Positions 37,440 to 47,669 of a stretch of DNA of 64,000 bases are shown here, one piece after another. This stretch comes from Parcubacteria group bacterium (lineage in GTDB: Bacteria > Patescibacteriota > Minisyncoccia > Moranbacterales > UBA11712), in assembly GCA_041659065.1 (NCBI GenBank), contig JBAZYY010000004.1, positions 2,406 to 66,405 on the forward strand, given 5' to 3'. The notes below the pieces were generated by a model. It was not told the DNA's origin. It searched no databases and was given only the letters and a program-made list of their open reading frames with translations. Position 1 is the first letter of the stretch. Every line of letters starts with the position of its first letter. A program made the translations under genes and the position numbers.

Positions 37440-37736
37440 TCAAAAATTCAACTTATTTTTTCTTCGTTGGCCGGGAGTTTTTACATCCCGCTCGTTCCCC
37501 TGAATATGCCTGTTTGCTTTTATCCTTTCCACTATAATATTCCTTTTGCCACCCAACTCTTTCCTTTCCTGCCCCGAAGGTATTCTGCCAATTTCTGTTT
37601 GAAGAATATCCGCGGCCTTTTTAAGCAACTGGTCATCCCTTTCATTTTTAATCCACACTCTTAATTGTTCCGGGCTAATTTTTTTTAACTCATCGACAAA
37701 AGTATCTAAGAAATTTTCCGGTTGCTCCAAAGACAT
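37440..37736 (-). CDS. Hypothetical basic protein (98 aa)
   Basis: ORF downstream of serS; no family recognised. Confidence 0.35.
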   Translation of the reverse strand: MSLEQPENFLDTFVDELKKISPEQLRVWIKNERDDQLLKKAADILQTEIGRIPSGQERKELGGKRNIIVERIKANRHIQGNERDVKTPGQRRKNKLNF

Positions 37737-37766
37737 ATTATGTGATATTAAGACAAAATTTTAATC

Positions 37767-39077
37767 TCACCGATTTTTAGCAATGACGCCCATATTCCCA
37801 GGCATCCATTTGCGAAGCACTTCCGGGATCTCGACCGAACCATCAGCTTGTTGAAAATTTTCAAGAATAGCAATGAGGATGCGCCCGATTGCGAACGCGG
37901 TTGCGTCGTTCGTATGCAAATATTTTTTCTCGCCATTTTCATCCCTGTAGCAGGAATTTATTCCTCGCATCTGATAGTCCGTCATATAATCGGATGTGTG
38001 GGTCTCCCTGTATTTGTTTTGTCCTGGCACCCAACATTCGATATCAAATTGATCATAATCGGGACGTCCAGTGTCCCCCGTGCAGACATGGACTACTTGA
38101 TACGGAATTTTCAACTGCTGAACAAGATACTCTTGAATGCCAACAATAAATTTCTGTTCCTCCGCTCCGGTCTCGGCGTCAGTGAATGATTCTATTTCCA
38201 GCTTGTCAAAATGATGGACACGCAAAATCCCTTTCATATCTTTCCCGTATGTTCCTGCTTCCCGGCGAAAAGCCGTCGAATAACCGATGTACCTGAACGG
38301 CAAATCTTTTTTATCGACAGTTTCATTCATATGATAAGGCGCCAAAGTGTGTTCAGCTGAAGCCACAAAATTCAAATTATCCTGCTCAAGCCTGTATGTC
38401 TGCTCGCCGAAAACCCGATGAATGTTGTTTTGCACGTCATGCTTTATCATAACGGGAGGAAGAATCGGCACAAACGGTTTGGCGGAAACTTTCGCCTTTG
38501 TCTTCTCAATAATCTCTTTCAATATTTTTTCCTGCGACAAAACGCCGAGCGTAAAATTGATGATTGCAAATTGGAGCCAGACAGCTTCATTTTTCAAATA
38601 ATAAAACCGGGAACCGGAGACTTCAGCCGCCTTTTTTATGTCGATAAGATCCAAACTTTCCCCCAACTCGACGTGATCCTTTATTTCGAAATCGAACTTC
38701 GGAATATCGCCCCATTGCCTGATAACTTCGTTTTCACTGTCGTCCTTTCCAACCGGCATATCCAGCGCCGTAACATTGGGCACCTGCATCAAAATATTTA
38801 TATATTCCTCGTTGACGGAATCCAGCTGCGGCTTGATATTTTCCAACTGCTCTTTCACAGCCTTGCCTTTCTCGATCAGGCTTTTTTTGTCTTCCGCTTT
38901 TTGAATTTCTTCATTGAGTTTGTTTTTCTCAGCGTTGAATTCTTCCACTTTCTGCAAAAGCGCCCGCCGCTTTTCATCTAATTCCAAAAGCCGATCCACA
39001 TCACACTTGATGTTGCGCAATTCGCAATTTTTCTTCACGACCTCCTTGTTTTCCCAGATGAATTTGATATCCAACAT
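37767..39077 (-). CDS. serS: Seryl-tRNA synthetase
   Basis: N-terminal coiled-coil arm and class II motifs (FRREAGTYGKDMKGILRVHHFDKLE; GRILIAILENFQ). Confidence 0.95.
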   Translation of the reverse strand: MLDIKFIWENKEVVKKNCELRNIKCDVDRLLELDEKRRALLQKVEEFNAEKNKLNEEIQKAEDKKSLIEKGKAVKEQLENIKPQLDSVNEEYINILMQVPNVTALDMPVGKDDSENEVIRQWGDIPKFDFEIKDHVELGESLDLIDIKKAAEVSGSRFYYLKNEAVWLQFAIINFTLGVLSQEKILKEIIEKTKAKVSAKPFVPILPPVMIKHDVQNNIHRVFGEQTYRLEQDNLNFVASAEHTLAPYHMNETVDKKDLPFRYIGYSTAFRREAGTYGKDMKGILRVHHFDKLEIESFTDAETGAEEQKFIVGIQEYLVQQLKIPYQVVHVCTGDTGRPDYDQFDIECWVPGQNKYRETHTSDYMTDYQMRGINSCYRDENGEKKYLHTNDATAFAIGRILIAILENFQQADGSVEIPEVLRKWMPGNMGVIAKNR

Positions 39078-39084
39078 AGAAAAT

Positions 39085-39915
39085 TTAGTTACTATTCTTT
39101 ATATAATTCAACGAAGCCTCGATAGCCTTACTCTGTTTTTTCCAATCGCTTCCCCATCTAGTTGACCCTTCGATTTCAATATAGGAAATATCGCACTGGT
39201 CGCACCATTCACCCATCCAACCGGAGAAATCCCGATCATAGTTGCATTCTGGACCCAAAAGTCTGAATCCTGAATTTCTAGCATAAATATTAGCAATTTT
39301 TTTGGCAAATGAGTCACTGTTTGAAATTACGTCACTGCCAACACTGTGAAACGAGAAAACAATCTTGATTTCTTTCTCTTGGATGATCTTTATAAGCGCT
39401 TGTGCCTCGCTCTCCGACGCCCCATTGGGCCCGCAATAAACTTTCTCGCTCTCCGCATAGTTTTTGCCTCGATACCAGAAAGATTCGGATTTAAAGCTCA
39501 GCACCGGGAAGTTCCGGTTGAGATCCACTCTGTTTTTATTGAATCTCCCGATTTTTCCGCCTCCAAAATAATTTGGATTCTTTTTCGCGCTGGCATACCC
39601 ATCCGGGTTTAGGCACGGAATAATATAAAATGACAAATCCGGAAAATTTTCTTTATCAATATTCAGCCAGCTTGCAACATTACGCGCTAATTTTACAGTT
39701 CCAACTTCGTTTCCATGCGTTCCGGCAACAAGCAAGATCTTTCTGGGGCCGTTTCCGATTTCAAGCAAATTAATTTCTAAACCACCCGCTGACTTTCCTA
39801 TTGGATAATTTTGAATTTCCCGTGAGACATCGGAATTTTTTTCAAAATTATTTTGAATTATGCCCGAAACGCCTCTCCTTAATATACCCAGCCTATTTTT
39901 CAGATTCAGCTTCAT
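39085..39915 (-). CDS. M14-family zinc carboxypeptidase (murein peptide amidase-like)
   Basis: HGNE zinc motif (LVAGTHGNEVGT), DLNRNFP and FSFHS. Confidence 0.7.
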   Translation of the reverse strand: MKLNLKNRLGILRRGVSGIIQNNFEKNSDVSREIQNYPIGKSAGGLEINLLEIGNGPRKILLVAGTHGNEVGTVKLARNVASWLNIDKENFPDLSFYIIPCLNPDGYASAKKNPNYFGGGKIGRFNKNRVDLNRNFPVLSFKSESFWYRGKNYAESEKVYCGPNGASESEAQALIKIIQEKEIKIVFSFHSVGSDVISNSDSFAKKIANIYARNSGFRLLGPECNYDRDFSGWMGEWCDQCDISYIEIEGSTRWGSDWKKQSKAIEASLNYIKNSN

Positions 39916-39935
39916 CTCATTTCCGCTTCATAATG

Positions 39936-41825
39936 CTATTTATACAGTTCAAAGTCTTTAGTGATCGTTTCCACTAAATTCTTTTCGCCAAATATCAGCG
40001 CGCCCAGATACTCAATATCACTTGCTTTCTTTTTGCTCGTAATTTCAATAACTTTTTTATCATCCGTAGTTTCGATCATTTCTTTCGTGAACTCCACGAC
40101 AACCAGCTTTTCTCCTTTAGCATTCTCCAGTAGATCAAGAATATCCTTATTGGATTGAGCGTTTTTAATCAAAATGGCGTGCTGGATATTCAATTTAATC
40201 TTTTCATTATCTTGAGTGGATATGTCATCTTGGAAAAAAAGTTTCTTCCCCTCTCTTGCGGCGAACGAAGCATTTAGATGAGCGACTGTATTGAGTTCTT
40301 GCCACGGCTGCATGCCGGCGCCTTTATTGATTATTGCCACTGCTATTTTAGTATTTTTAGATTTTCCTTCTTTATTCGTAATTTCCCTCATTGGCGGAAA
40401 AATTACCGTTTCACGGACGGATTTATTCATGATAAAAGCGAAGAAGCGCTCGCTCATGCCGACGCCAAACGCTGAAGGCATGCCATATTCCAAAGCTTCG
40501 ACAAAATCTTCGTCTATCATAAGCGCTTCATTGTCACCAGCCTCTCGCAGTTTCATCTGCTCCAGAAATCTATTTTTTTGGTCTATGGGGTCATTAAGCT
40601 CCGCGAAAGCATTATATAATTCACTTCCCCCGACCACGATTTGAAAGCGCAAGGTTTTCTTGGGATCTTGAGGATCGCGTTTGGCGAAAGGAGAAACCTC
40701 AACTGGCTGACCAAATAATATGGAAGGCTGGATTAATTTTTGACGAACGGTTTTTTTGTAGATTGTGTCAATCATCCGCCCTTTGCCGTAATTTTTTTCG
40801 TATTTTATGCCAAGTTCGTCGGCTTTTTTCATCAAATCCTTGACGCTGACCGGCTTGTCGAGGTCAAGCCCGGTTTCCTTTTTGAATTCCACGAAATAAT
40901 CAACCAGCCTAAAATCATCCTTCCAGTTTATTTTGTGGCCTTCGTACTCGGTTTCATATCCTCCGGTAACCTCGAAAACAATTTTTTTGAATAAATCTTC
41001 GGAGAATTTCATACCTTTCTCCATATCCCAGTAAGCCGCATAGAATTCCACGTCGTCAAATTCCTGAAGATGATCACGGTCAATTCCTTCATTTCGAAAT
41101 AATCTTCCTATCTCAAACACTTTTTCATAACCGCCCACTAAGAGCCGTTTGAGCGGCAATTCGAGCGATATGCGCAGGAAAAAATCTTGGTTCAGCGCGT
41201 TATAATGAGTCACAAATGGTTCAGCTTCGGCTCCACTGGGTATATGCTCCAGAACCGGAGTTTGTACTTCCAAAAAACCTTCAGCCACCAAAAAATTCCT
41301 GATAGTTTGCCAAAAAATATTTTTCTTGCGAAAAAGTTCGCGTGTTTCCGGATTCGTCATAAGATCGAGATATCTCCGGCGCAAAAGTTCTTCCGTATCT
41401 TTCACTCCGAAATATTCAGTAGGCACAGGCAGAATACTCTTGGAGATAATTTTCCAGTCAGAGACTCCAAGTGTTTTTTCGTCTTTCTTGGTCTTAAAAA
41501 GCTTGCCTTTGACCTCGATGAAATCACCTATTTCAATATTAGCCACAAAAAGCTTGTATTTTTCAGCTTCGATATTTTTCTTATTTAAAAATATCTGGAT
41601 CTTGCCGGATCCGTCTTCAATGTGCGCAAAAACTGACCCACCCATCGGACGAAGAGACTTTATTCTCCCCACTAAACTTATCTTCTGACCATCCAGTTTA
41701 TCAAAATCCTTTAGCGCTTTTTTGTTATCCATCGAACGCTCCACTTTCTCCGGATATGGTTCCATTCCAGCCTTGCGCAAGGCCTCTAGTTTGGAGATTT
41801 TAATTTTCTGTATATCGTCAAGCAT
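39936..41825 (-). CDS. lysS: Lysyl-tRNA synthetase (class II) with a ~150-aa C-terminal extension
   Basis: Anticodon-binding OB fold, class II motifs and the canonical end ...ETVIFPPMR at about residue 475. It is followed by an extra domain (KIAVAIINKGAGMQPWQELNTVAHLNASFAA...). Confidence 0.9.
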   Translation of the reverse strand: MLDDIQKIKISKLEALRKAGMEPYPEKVERSMDNKKALKDFDKLDGQKISLVGRIKSLRPMGGSVFAHIEDGSGKIQIFLNKKNIEAEKYKLFVANIEIGDFIEVKGKLFKTKKDEKTLGVSDWKIISKSILPVPTEYFGVKDTEELLRRRYLDLMTNPETRELFRKKNIFWQTIRNFLVAEGFLEVQTPVLEHIPSGAEAEPFVTHYNALNQDFFLRISLELPLKRLLVGGYEKVFEIGRLFRNEGIDRDHLQEFDDVEFYAAYWDMEKGMKFSEDLFKKIVFEVTGGYETEYEGHKINWKDDFRLVDYFVEFKKETGLDLDKPVSVKDLMKKADELGIKYEKNYGKGRMIDTIYKKTVRQKLIQPSILFGQPVEVSPFAKRDPQDPKKTLRFQIVVGGSELYNAFAELNDPIDQKNRFLEQMKLREAGDNEALMIDEDFVEALEYGMPSAFGVGMSERFFAFIMNKSVRETVIFPPMREITNKEGKSKNTKIAVAIINKGAGMQPWQELNTVAHLNASFAAREGKKLFFQDDISTQDNEKIKLNIQHAILIKNAQSNKDILDLLENAKGEKLVVVEFTKEMIETTDDKKVIEITSKKKASDIEYLGALIFGEKNLVETITKDFELYK

Positions 41826-41875
41826 AATGGTATTCTAGCTTTTTCCCCATAAAAAGACAAGTTTTACTGCATAAA

Positions 41876-41908
41876 GAAACCGGGTTTCCTCTTGAGAAAC
41901 CCGGTTTC
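41876..41908 (-). terminator. Terminator downstream of greA
   Basis: Perfect 13-bp stem GAAACCGGGTTTC/GAAACCCGGTTTC with a 7-nt loop. Confidence 0.55.
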
Positions 41909-41935
41909 TAATTCAGTTTTGTCTTAATAGAAGTA

Positions 41936-42391
41936 TTACTTTATCTCCAAAATCTCGTACGTCTTCTCTCCGCTTGGAGTCATAACTTTGGTCTTTTCAC
42001 CCACTTCTTTCCCAAACAACGCTTTTCCGATTGGAGACTCGTTTGATATCCTACCATTTAAGGGATCCGCCTCATTTGACCCGACTATCTGAAAAGACTG
42101 CTCATCCCCATTAAATTTAACTTTTACGTGCGACCCCATCTGGACAACCCGACTCTTTTTGTCGAAGCTTGCCACCTGTGACGTCCGGATTTCATTCTCA
42201 AGTTCCATGATCCTGCGCTCATTATCCGCTTGCTGGCGTTTGGCTTCGCTATATTCAGCGTTTTCGCTCAAGTCGCCCTGCTCCTTCGCCTCTTTGATCG
42301 TGGCCGCGATAACCCGACGCGTTTCGGTCTTTCGCGTTTCAAGCTCTTCCTCTAATTTTTTTCGGCCTTCGGGAGTAAGAAATTTGGTCAT
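41936..42391 (-). CDS. greA: Transcription elongation factor GreA
   Basis: MTKFLTPEGRKKLEEELE... coiled-coil N-terminus and FKBP-like C-terminus. Confidence 0.9.
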   Translation of the reverse strand: MTKFLTPEGRKKLEEELETRKTETRRVIAATIKEAKEQGDLSENAEYSEAKRQQADNERRIMELENEIRTSQVASFDKKSRVVQMGSHVKVKFNGDEQSFQIVGSNEADPLNGRISNESPIGKALFGKEVGEKTKVMTPSGEKTYEILEIK

Positions 42392-42618
42392 TTTTTTTGG
42401 TTTAAATTAAAAGGCATTCAACCAATTGAATACCAGCGCTTATTTATGTTCTGATCGGAATGTAAGAACAGCAGCCAAATAATAATCGAAACGGAAAGGC
42501 TTGTCAATAGCCACTGCTGGTTTAAAAAGCTTGGCTTTGAGGAATGACGGGAGTTGAGCTCTCGTCAGGGAAAAACCGAGCTTTAAAAAACAGTTAGCAA
42601 ATAGTCCATATAATATAA

Positions 42619-42653
42619 AAAGAAAAGCGACGAACCCATCCCGCAAGGGTTCG
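42619..42653 (-). terminator. Terminator downstream of gene 42666..43649
   Basis: CGAACCCatcccgcaaGGGTTCG, with a T-run on the minus strand. Confidence 0.5.
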
Positions 42654-42665
42654 CCGCCGTATTAT

Positions 42666-43649
42666 TTATTTTCGCCGGTAATCCAACGTTTTTATTACTC
42701 CCCCCCTCTGAAAGAAGACGATTTCGGGTTCGAACGGTCCAATCTTGAACCTTATGGTCATAAGCGGGTCACCCCTAGCCAGTTGATGGACCCGGTATTC
42801 CATCTGGCCGATCGAAAGCGTGCTCGCGATAAATCTCGCGCCCCGAAACGCCAAGAGCCCCTCCGAAGGAATAGGAAGTGCGGTATTGTCCAGAGGAGTA
42901 ACTTCCCCAGATGGACCGTATCCGTACCGGGCGTGATATCGCTGATCAATGAGAGCCAAGGATTCAAACTTGACGGACGTAGTTCCTGCCTGCAGAAGCC
43001 GGGCGACCGCCATCTCAACTTCTTGCTGAAGGCTGCTGGGTATGAGTTTCGGATAGTTTCCAATCTGGGCCACCACCTGACCAGTAAGCTCCTCGTCCTG
43101 TGTTGCAAGACGAATAGCTTCCCTGCATTCACCCAAAAACTCCTTCTGAAGCTCCAGGTCTTTTTGAAAACAGTCTTCGCATAGACCCGAGGCGGTCACT
43201 GCTTTATTATCGCAGCGGTCACACTCTTGTGCGCAAATTTCGTCCGGAGACTCGAGCACACCTTTATATTCATCTCGCATAATAAGCATTATGGTTAGTA
43301 GTATCGCTAAGGCAAAACTTAGCCCAAAAGCTATTCTCGCCAACAAGGTTCCACTGTAATTTGCCATTACCATAGCACATAAAACGATAGTGACTATGGC
43401 CGCTGCTGCTACCAGCCTGAGAAGAAGTAAGTGACGATACCACCATGCCCTCCAGCCAGTCAGCCCGGCTGTCACGCCTGCTTTGTGCTCAAGTAGCCTC
43501 TGCTTTTCTTCTTGATTAAAATCACGCCGCTCATTGATGCGACGCATAATTTCCCCAATAACCACTTTGCCTGCCTCGTTCTCCGCTTGCATGTTCGGCA
43601 GCAGCGAGTCAAGCATCCTAACCAGATCCAGTATTCTGATAGTCGGCAT
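42666..43649 (-). CDS. Hypothetical 2-TM protein with a Cys-rich zinc-ribbon-like segment; visibly higher GC than its neighbours
   Basis: TMs at residues ~70-120 and a CAQECDRCDNK...CEDC motif. The GC-richer codon usage suggests foreign origin. Confidence 0.55.
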   Translation of the reverse strand: MPTIRILDLVRMLDSLLPNMQAENEAGKVVIGEIMRRINERRDFNQEEKQRLLEHKAGVTAGLTGWRAWWYRHLLLLRLVAAAAIVTIVLCAMVMANYSGTLLARIAFGLSFALAILLTIMLIMRDEYKGVLESPDEICAQECDRCDNKAVTASGLCEDCFQKDLELQKEFLGECREAIRLATQDEELTGQVVAQIGNYPKLIPSSLQQEVEMAVARLLQAGTTSVKFESLALIDQRYHARYGYGPSGEVTPLDNTALPIPSEGLLAFRGARFIASTLSIGQMEYRVHQLARGDPLMTIRFKIGPFEPEIVFFQRGGVIKTLDYRRK

Positions 43650-43827
43650 GGCTTTCCCCTTTTCTTACGCCAATAAATTTATTATCGGACACTCATGCGC
43701 CGGTTTTTAAACAACTTCAAACAGCTATACATTCAAACACGAAAATTATTTCATGTCAAAAATGCCCTGCTATTGAAAACCTATACCCTGCAGGGCCGGT
43801 AGATTTTCGATTAATGCTAATCTGCTA

Positions 43828-44316
43828 CTATTTTTCTTTCGCGAAATAGCGAAAAAGATCGGCATAATCTTTAAAAAGCAACTCAAGCTCTTCTTTCGTT
43901 TCTGGTTCAGTATGGCCTAGGGACGATAAGCTATAATTCGCGGGATTATTCGTATCAAATAAAACATTCACAGCCTTCAAAAACTGCGGGTCGCCGGTTA
44001 AATCATCAATAGACTTAATTGTGTTTTCCAGTTCTTCGCGTGGCACAAGCGCGGGCTTTAAAAGTGTCGCTTCTTCAATGTCGTAATAAGCATCCCTGAC
44101 ATATCCCATATATCCCGATAACCTCAATAGCTTTTCATCCAAGCTGCTGGGAAGTTTAGCGCCATTCCGTTTCATTCGATCAATCATATCTTGAATATGA
44201 TAGCATACTTCAATGGGATCATTGTGAAAGACACCCTTAATCCTCCTGGGATCGCTTTTTTCAATTTCCTCCGTTGGATCGACGGGAATTTGCGACTCCC
44301 TGTCTATTTTTACCAT
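43828..44316 (-). CDS. Hypothetical protein (162 aa)
   Basis: Clean ORF; no family recognised. Confidence 0.45.
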   Translation of the reverse strand: MVKIDRESQIPVDPTEEIEKSDPRRIKGVFHNDPIEVCYHIQDMIDRMKRNGAKLPSSLDEKLLRLSGYMGYVRDAYYDIEEATLLKPALVPREELENTIKSIDDLTGDPQFLKAVNVLFDTNNPANYSLSSLGHTEPETKEELELLFKDYADLFRYFAKEK

Positions 44317-44353
44317 TTCATTTAGGAAATATTATTTATATTCTCCTTATTTT

Positions 44354-46243
44354 TTATTTCCTGTCCCCAAAATACCACTGATAGACATCATGCGTAACCG
44401 GTTCTGCTGTACTGAATCCTTCGCCTCCGCCTTCGACGAGCACCGCCATCGCGATAGTCGGATTATCATACGGCGCAAAAGACACAAACCAGCCATGTTC
44501 CTTTTCATTACCGCTCCCGAACTGCGCCGTTCCAGTCTTTCCTGCCACCTCAACAGGCAGGTCTTTGAGCGGCTGAGCCGTTCCTGAAAGCACTGTCTGC
44601 CGCATTCCTTCGCGCACGACCTGCAGGTTGGCGGGAGAAATGAAATTTTTATTTAATACAACCGGATCAATTTTCTTCACCGATCCATCGTTATTTTTGA
44701 TTGAATCAACAAAGCGCGGCTGATAAACCGTTCCGCCATTTGCAATGGCTGCGACGTAGTTTGCAATCTGTAGCGGCGTCGAAGTGATAAAGCCCTGCCC
44801 AATCGCGCAGTGATAATCGTCACCTACATACCATTTTTCACCAACCTTATCCAGCTTCCACCGCTGATTAGGCACAAGACCCGACGCCTCTCCGGGGATA
44901 TCCACTCCTAATTTCTCCCCCAATCCGAACTTGTTGGCATATTGCTGAATTTTATCAATTCCCAGCGCAGGTATATCCCCCCAACCGCCACCGATCGCAT
45001 AGAAAAAAATATCCACACTCTCCGCGATCGCTTTTCTGATATCCGTCAGGTCATGCGTTTTCCAATCGGGAAAGCGGTAGCTTCCTATATTGATCGCCGC
45101 CGGACAATTGAGAGTGGTGCTGGATGTGATAGTCTTTTCCTGGAGCGCCGCCGAAGCCACAAGCGGCTTGAAAGTCGAACCGGGCGGATATTCCCCGCTG
45201 ATAGCCCGGTTAAACATCGGGAGATTCTCGTCTTCCAGCAGTCTTTTATAATCTTCCGAGGAAATCCCCTGTGAAAATAAATTATTATCATAGCTTGGCA
45301 CGTTGACCATGGCGAGAATTTCGCCATTTTGGGGATTTATAGCCACCGCGGACGCGGTCTTTGTTCCCGTACTTTCAAGCATGCCCTTGAGGTTTTCTTC
45401 GATCTTCTTTTGGAGGCCAGCATCAAGGCCCAAATGAAGATCGCTCCCTGGAACAGGACTTACGACTCCATAATCTTTTTTGATGTTGCCCGAAGAATCC
45501 ACCTCTACTTTCTGCGCCCCGTGAGTTCCGCGCAAATATTTTTCATAGGAATATTCAAGGCCCGTTTTCCCGATAAGGTCCGTCATTAAATAATCTGAAT
45601 TTTTTTCAAGTTCGGTTTGACTAATCTTGCCGCTGTAACCCATAACCGGTGAGAATACTTCCCCGTTTTCGTATTGCCTGACAGCCGTTTGGTCGATATA
45701 AAATCCCTTGAACTCATTTTTTCTTTCCGAAAATATCAAAGCTTGGTCCTGGGAAATATTTTCCTTAAGCAGGACCGGATTAAGTGAATTGAAATCCTGG
45801 CTTTCCGCCAATGTGACAACGCTTTGGTCATTCATATCGACAAGCTCCGCCAACTTTTTTTCCGAGCTTACCCTTGTTTGGGAATCCCTAGGCAAGTCTG
45901 CCGGAATAATTACCAGATCAAAACTGGGAATATTTTGGACCAGCTTTTCACCATTCTTATCATAAATGATGCCGCGAGGCGCTTTGATGATAATTGAGCG
46001 CAGCCGATTTTCCGCTGACATCTTCGAGTAATAATCCCCTTTCACCACCTGAAGATAATAGACCCTCCCGGCCAGGAAAAGGAAAAAAAATATTGCCAGC
46101 ATGTGCAAAAAGCCAATGCCCCTATGAGACATCCTGCCCTTTATAGCTACTGTCTCGTCGATATCGCTGGGTTCTTGAGAAAGCTCCTCGATCTCGACGC
46201 CCTTTTGCTTTATGATTTTATTCGATTTTGCCCTGGTAAACAT
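44354..46243 (-). CDS. mrdA: Penicillin-binding protein 2 (peptidoglycan D,D-transpeptidase)
   Basis: N-terminal TM, transpeptidase motifs PGSTFKP, SGN and KTGTA. Downstream of mreBCD. Confidence 0.9.
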   Translation of the reverse strand: MFTRAKSNKIIKQKGVEIEELSQEPSDIDETVAIKGRMSHRGIGFLHMLAIFFFLFLAGRVYYLQVVKGDYYSKMSAENRLRSIIIKAPRGIIYDKNGEKLVQNIPSFDLVIIPADLPRDSQTRVSSEKKLAELVDMNDQSVVTLAESQDFNSLNPVLLKENISQDQALIFSERKNEFKGFYIDQTAVRQYENGEVFSPVMGYSGKISQTELEKNSDYLMTDLIGKTGLEYSYEKYLRGTHGAQKVEVDSSGNIKKDYGVVSPVPGSDLHLGLDAGLQKKIEENLKGMLESTGTKTASAVAINPQNGEILAMVNVPSYDNNLFSQGISSEDYKRLLEDENLPMFNRAISGEYPPGSTFKPLVASAALQEKTITSSTTLNCPAAINIGSYRFPDWKTHDLTDIRKAIAESVDIFFYAIGGGWGDIPALGIDKIQQYANKFGLGEKLGVDIPGEASGLVPNQRWKLDKVGEKWYVGDDYHCAIGQGFITSTPLQIANYVAAIANGGTVYQPRFVDSIKNNDGSVKKIDPVVLNKNFISPANLQVVREGMRQTVLSGTAQPLKDLPVEVAGKTGTAQFGSGNEKEHGWFVSFAPYDNPTIAMAVLVEGGGEGFSTAEPVTHDVYQWYFGDRK

Positions 46244-46266
46244 CGAAAATATTTAGCGGTTACATT

Positions 46267-46809
46267 TTATCTCTTGATTATTCCGTCGTTCTGGTTTCTG
46301 TAGAGCCAAGCAATAAAACGGCTGGCAATAAAGTACATTGGCACGGCAAAGATTAAGGTATAAAGAACTGATAGGACATAATCGAAACTGAAAATGTTCA
46401 GAGCATACACATATGAATATTTTGTAGTCAAAGCTACTAGCCTGGATACGATAATTTTGCTTATATCAAAAGATAACTTGGAAGCAAAAATAATAACCTC
46501 AAACATAACCAAAAATAAAATTCGTCTTGCTCTCAAGCGATACGCCGATTTTATTTCGAAGGCGACCAGGGCAGCGACAAATAAACCGAGGATATTTAGA
46601 CCCAATAGTTGAAAGGAAAAGATATCCAGCAATATTCCGAGCAACAATATCCATTTGATTGACCATTGAAATCCTTTAAGAATTACTATGCTTACGAGAA
46701 ATGATAAGATTAAGTTTGGGATTCGATGAACTTCAAAAAAAATTGGAAGCGCTGAAACTTGGACATATGTTAAAATCAAACAAAAGACAATGAAAATGAA
46801 GTTTTGCAT
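46267..46809 (-). CDS. mreD: Rod shape-determining protein MreD (polytopic membrane)
   Basis: Position between mreC and mrdA; a 5-TM small hydrophobic protein. Confidence 0.55.
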   Translation of the reverse strand: MQNFIFIVFCLILTYVQVSALPIFFEVHRIPNLILSFLVSIVILKGFQWSIKWILLLGILLDIFSFQLLGLNILGLFVAALVAFEIKSAYRLRARRILFLVMFEVIIFASKLSFDISKIIVSRLVALTTKYSYVYALNIFSFDYVLSVLYTLIFAVPMYFIASRFIAWLYRNQNDGIIKR

Positions 46810-46811
46810 GC

Positions 46812-47615
46812 CTAGAATCCTTTGATTATGAATACTAAATCTAGTTTAGAAAAATCAACCGACGAGACGATTTCAGCTTGCTGAAAAAGCTTATCCGCGG
46901 ATTCCTTCACCTTACCAATCTTGCCGACGTAAAGAGATTTTGGCACTGCCCCTCCCAGGCCGGAGGTAATAACTGAATCGCCCTCATTTATCACATCTTT
47001 TTGCGATATCATGTCCAAGGCGATCCCCAAGCCGTATTCCCCTTTCACGATTCCTCGAGCTCCAGAGTTCTCCACTTCGGCATTTACGGTGCTCTGCGGA
47101 TCCGTAGTCAGCAAGACCTTAGAACTTGCTTCGTACACTTCCGATACCTTGCCTACCAAGGTACCTTTGGAAACTATGGCCGGCATTCCCTCCTCGATGC
47201 CGTTCCTGGAACCCTTATCGATCAATATAAAATTATTAATGCCTTGGGGATCTTGCCCAATAACAAACGAGGCTTCGAGATCGTAATCTTTTCGGGGCGC
47301 GAGGTCAAGTTGCTGTCTTAAAAGCTGGTTTTCATTGCCAACGTTTGCAAGCTCCGCATTTTTTGAAAGCAGTTCATTGTTTTCCTGCATGAGTTTTTCG
47401 TTTTCTTGTTTTAGGTCTCCGATAGATCCTAAAAATCCGAAAAATCCCCTGGTTCCAAGTGAAAAATTGCGAAGCACCCTAAGAAACGGGCTGGAAGCGC
47501 TTATTGCCAAGCTTCGAACAGGCCGGTTTATTACAGCCCCCGCTGAGAATAGCAGGATAAAGACAAATAAAAAGAATAAAAAAGATCTCCAATTATTTTT
47601 CGTCAATATTTTCAT
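46812..47615 (-). CDS. mreC: Rod shape-determining protein MreC
   Basis: N-terminal TM, coiled coil (ENEKLMQENNELLSKNAELAN), and a C-terminal beta domain with GIVKGEYGLGIALD. Confidence 0.8.
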   Translation of the reverse strand: MKILTKNNWRSFLFFLFVFILLFSAGAVINRPVRSLAISASSPFLRVLRNFSLGTRGFFGFLGSIGDLKQENEKLMQENNELLSKNAELANVGNENQLLRQQLDLAPRKDYDLEASFVIGQDPQGINNFILIDKGSRNGIEEGMPAIVSKGTLVGKVSEVYEASSKVLLTTDPQSTVNAEVENSGARGIVKGEYGLGIALDMISQKDVINEGDSVITSGLGGAVPKSLYVGKIGKVKESADKLFQQAEIVSSVDFSKLDLVFIIKGF

Positions 47616-47669
47616 TTAGTCTTTGGATATGATTCTTCGGATAATTTTGAAAATTTATACTTGACTTCT

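Noticed and set aside
42440-42646. 68-aa minus-strand ORF
   Set aside because: It overlaps the terminator hairpin of the upstream gene and has no SD. It is probably non-coding.
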